Part shown: piece after piece, positions 62,561 through 64,000 of the stretch
Layout of the letters: each line of letters opens with the position of its first letter
How positions within the stretch are numbered: position 1 is the stretch's first letter
NCBI GenBank assembly: GCA_001464495.1
Contig: LNDZ01000029.1
Span: forward strand, 15,455-79,454
DNA: 64,000 nucleotides
DNA from: Betaproteobacteria bacterium Ga0074130
GTDB taxonomy: Bacteria; Pseudomonadota; Gammaproteobacteria; Burkholderiales; Rhodocyclaceae
Reading direction: 5' to 3'
Notes under the pieces: generated by a model
Databases searched by the model: none
The model's input: only the letters and a program-made list of their open reading frames with translations
Told to the model about the DNA's origin: nothing
Program-made: the position numbers and the translations under genes

Positions 62561-63538
62561 GTGAGCACTGCCGCGAACCAACATCCTGCCCCAGAACGCA
62601 TCGTGATCGCAACCCGGGAGTCGCGCCTTGCGCTGTGGCAGGCCGAGCATGTGCAAGGCCTTTTGCGTCGATTATATCCGGGATGCAGCGTGGAACTGCT
62701 GGGGATGACGACAAGAGGCGACCAGATTCTAGATCGCCCGCTGGCCAAGGTCGGCGGCAAGGGCTTGTTCGTCAAGGAGCTCGAAACAGCCTTGCTGGAT
62801 GGCAGTGCCGACATCGCCGTGCATTCACTCAAGGATGTACCCATGGTGTTGGCCGACGAATTCCGCCTAGTGGCCATCGGCCCGCGCGAAGTGCCTTTTG
62901 ATGCCTTCGTTTCGAATAAGTACGCCAGCCTTGACGATATGCCGCCGGGCGCCGTGGTTGGCACCTCTAGCCTGCGCCGCGAAGCCCAGCTGCATGCCCG
63001 CTACCCCTATCTGGCGGTGACGAGTCTGCGCGGCAACCTAGATACGCGCTTGCGTAAGCTCGACAGTGGTGAATACGACGCCATCATCCTTGCTGCAGCG
63101 GGCCTGACGCGTCTTGGTTTGAAAGAACGCATCCGCTCAGTACTGCCGCCGGAAGCCTCGCTGCCTTCGGCCGGCCAAGGTGCCCTCGGGATTGAAGCCG
63201 CAGCGCATCGCACTGATATTGCGGCGTGGCTGGCGCCCTTGAACGATGCCAACACTGCAGCGTGCGTGCGTGCCGAGCGTGCCGTTTCACGCGCGCTGGC
63301 TGGCAGTTGCGAAGTACCGCTGGCGGCCTTTGCTGAAATACACGGTAGTGGCGACAACCAGCAAATCCGTCTGCGCGGACTGGTAGCCCTACCTGACGGT
63401 AGCCAAGTTGCCGCTGCCGAACTGATCGGCGATGCCAGTGATCCCGAAGCCTTGGGGCTGCGTCTGGTGGCAGAGCTGCGCGCCGCCGGGGCAGACCAGA
63501 TTCTCGCGGCCCTGCCCGGCGCACTCAACGGCGCATGA
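62561..63538 (+). CDS. hemC: Hydroxymethylbilane synthase (porphobilinogen deaminase)
   Basis: The motifs are [36 protein letters not shown] and [12 protein letters not shown]. The start codon is GTG. Confidence 0.9.
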   Translation: MSTAANQHPAPERIVIATRESRLALWQAEHVQGLLRRLYPGCSVELLGMTTRGDQILDRPLAKVGGKGLFVKELETALLDGSADIAVHSLKDVPMVLADEFRLVAIGPREVPFDAFVSNKYASLDDMPPGAVVGTSSLRREAQLHARYPYLAVTSLRGNLDTRLRKLDSGEYDAIILAAAGLTRLGLKERIRSVLPPEASLPSAGQGALGIEAAAHRTDIAAWLAPLNDANTAACVRAERAVSRALAGSCEVPLAAFAEIHGSGDNQQIRLRGLVALPDGSQVAAAELIGDASDPEALGLRLVAELRAAGADQILAALPGALNGA

Positions 63539-64000
63539 ATCAGCCGCTCGCCGGCCGCAATATCGTTGTTACCCGGCCGGCGGGTCAAGCCACGCATCTG
63601 GCCGAAGCCATTGTGGCGGCAGGCGCGCACCCCGTACTTTTTCCGGTGCTAACGATATCACCGCTGCGCGACAAAACCGAGCTCACCCAGCGCCTTATCC
63701 AGCTCGATCAATATGATCTGGCCATCTTCATCAGCCCCAATGCGGTCGACATCGGGCTGCGCGAGGTCCTCGCAAAGCGCCCTTGGCCGGCGGGGCTCAG
63801 GGTTGCGACAGTCGGCCGCAGCAGTGAGGCCGCGCTGCAGGCACATGACCTCAGTGGTCAAGAAACCCAAGTCATCTGTCCGTCCGGCCGTTTTGACTCA
63901 GAGGCCTTGCTTGAGCTACCTGAGTTACAGGCCATGGACGGGCAACGGATCATCATTTTCCGTGGCGATGGTGGGCGCGAGCTGCTTGCTGAGACGCTAC
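63535..64000 (+). CDS. hemD: Uroporphyrinogen-III synthase (HemD), 3' end cut by the window edge
   Basis: It has an ATGA overlap with hemC. The product starts [26 protein letters not shown]...[11 protein letters not shown]..., typical of the HemD N-terminal half. The frame stays open to the window end. Confidence 0.7.
   Translation, partial: MNQPLAGRNIVVTRPAGQATHLAEAIVAAGAHPVLFPVLTISPLRDKTELTQRLIQLDQYDLAIFISPNAVDIGLREVLAKRPWPAGLRVATVGRSSEAALQAHDLSGQETQVICPSGRFDSEALLELPELQAMDGQRIIIFRGDGGRELLAETL

Overview
The window looks like a 64 kb stretch of core chromosome from a betaproteobacterium, roughly 55-60% GC by eye. It is densely coded, with many ATGA or 4-nt start/stop overlaps. I found no rRNA, tRNA, CRISPR array, transposase or integrase.

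Gene content in order:
- thiD (partial), rubredoxin, then the twitching-motility chemosensory cluster pilG-pilH-pilI-pilJ-chpA.
- msbA plus an LPS-core/O-antigen-ligase cluster (GT9 heptosyltransferase, an unknown glycosyltransferase-like gene, a WaaL-like ligase, GT4).
- The cobalamin nucleotide-loop operon cobT-(tandem receiver protein)-cobS-cobC.
- An EEP-family gene coupled to clsB, a CoA-binding protein, gluQ, ychF and a membrane methyltransferase.
- A three-gene ParA-like operon.
- deaD, a flavoprotein, ylqF, a hydrolase and a CHRD protein.
- A small poorly defined patch: small ORF, hypothetical, mipA, marC, orphan hicB-like.
- tsaC, purK-purE-folD, then the pyruvate dehydrogenase operon aceE-aceF-(HslV/proteasome-like ORF)-lpdA, where lpdA carries an N-terminal lipoyl domain.
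- A 563-aa unknown protein coupled to rpiA, then phoU, an SLT transglycosylase, proS, rppH, a CNP1-like gene, coq7 and osmC.
- A long intergenic region holding a candidate CU-rich sRNA, then grxD.
- A Ser/Thr kinase fused to a cNMP-binding domain and coupled to argH.
- algZ-algR, ppc, hemC and hemD (partial).

The most interesting candidates are:
1. The ParA-like ATPase, 93-aa coiled-coil protein and 258-aa unknown protein operon (24736-26503), a possible cargo-positioning system.
2. The HslV-like Ntn-hydrolase inside the PDH operon (43739-44311), which I think is a BPH-type proteasome homologue.
3. A terminator-bounded structured RNA with tandem CCUCC anti-Shine-Dalgarno motifs (about 54391-54549).
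4. The kinase-cNMP fusion downstream of argH.
5. A pseudo-receiver/receiver protein embedded in the cob operon.

All family assignments come from reading motifs in the translations. No database search was possible.
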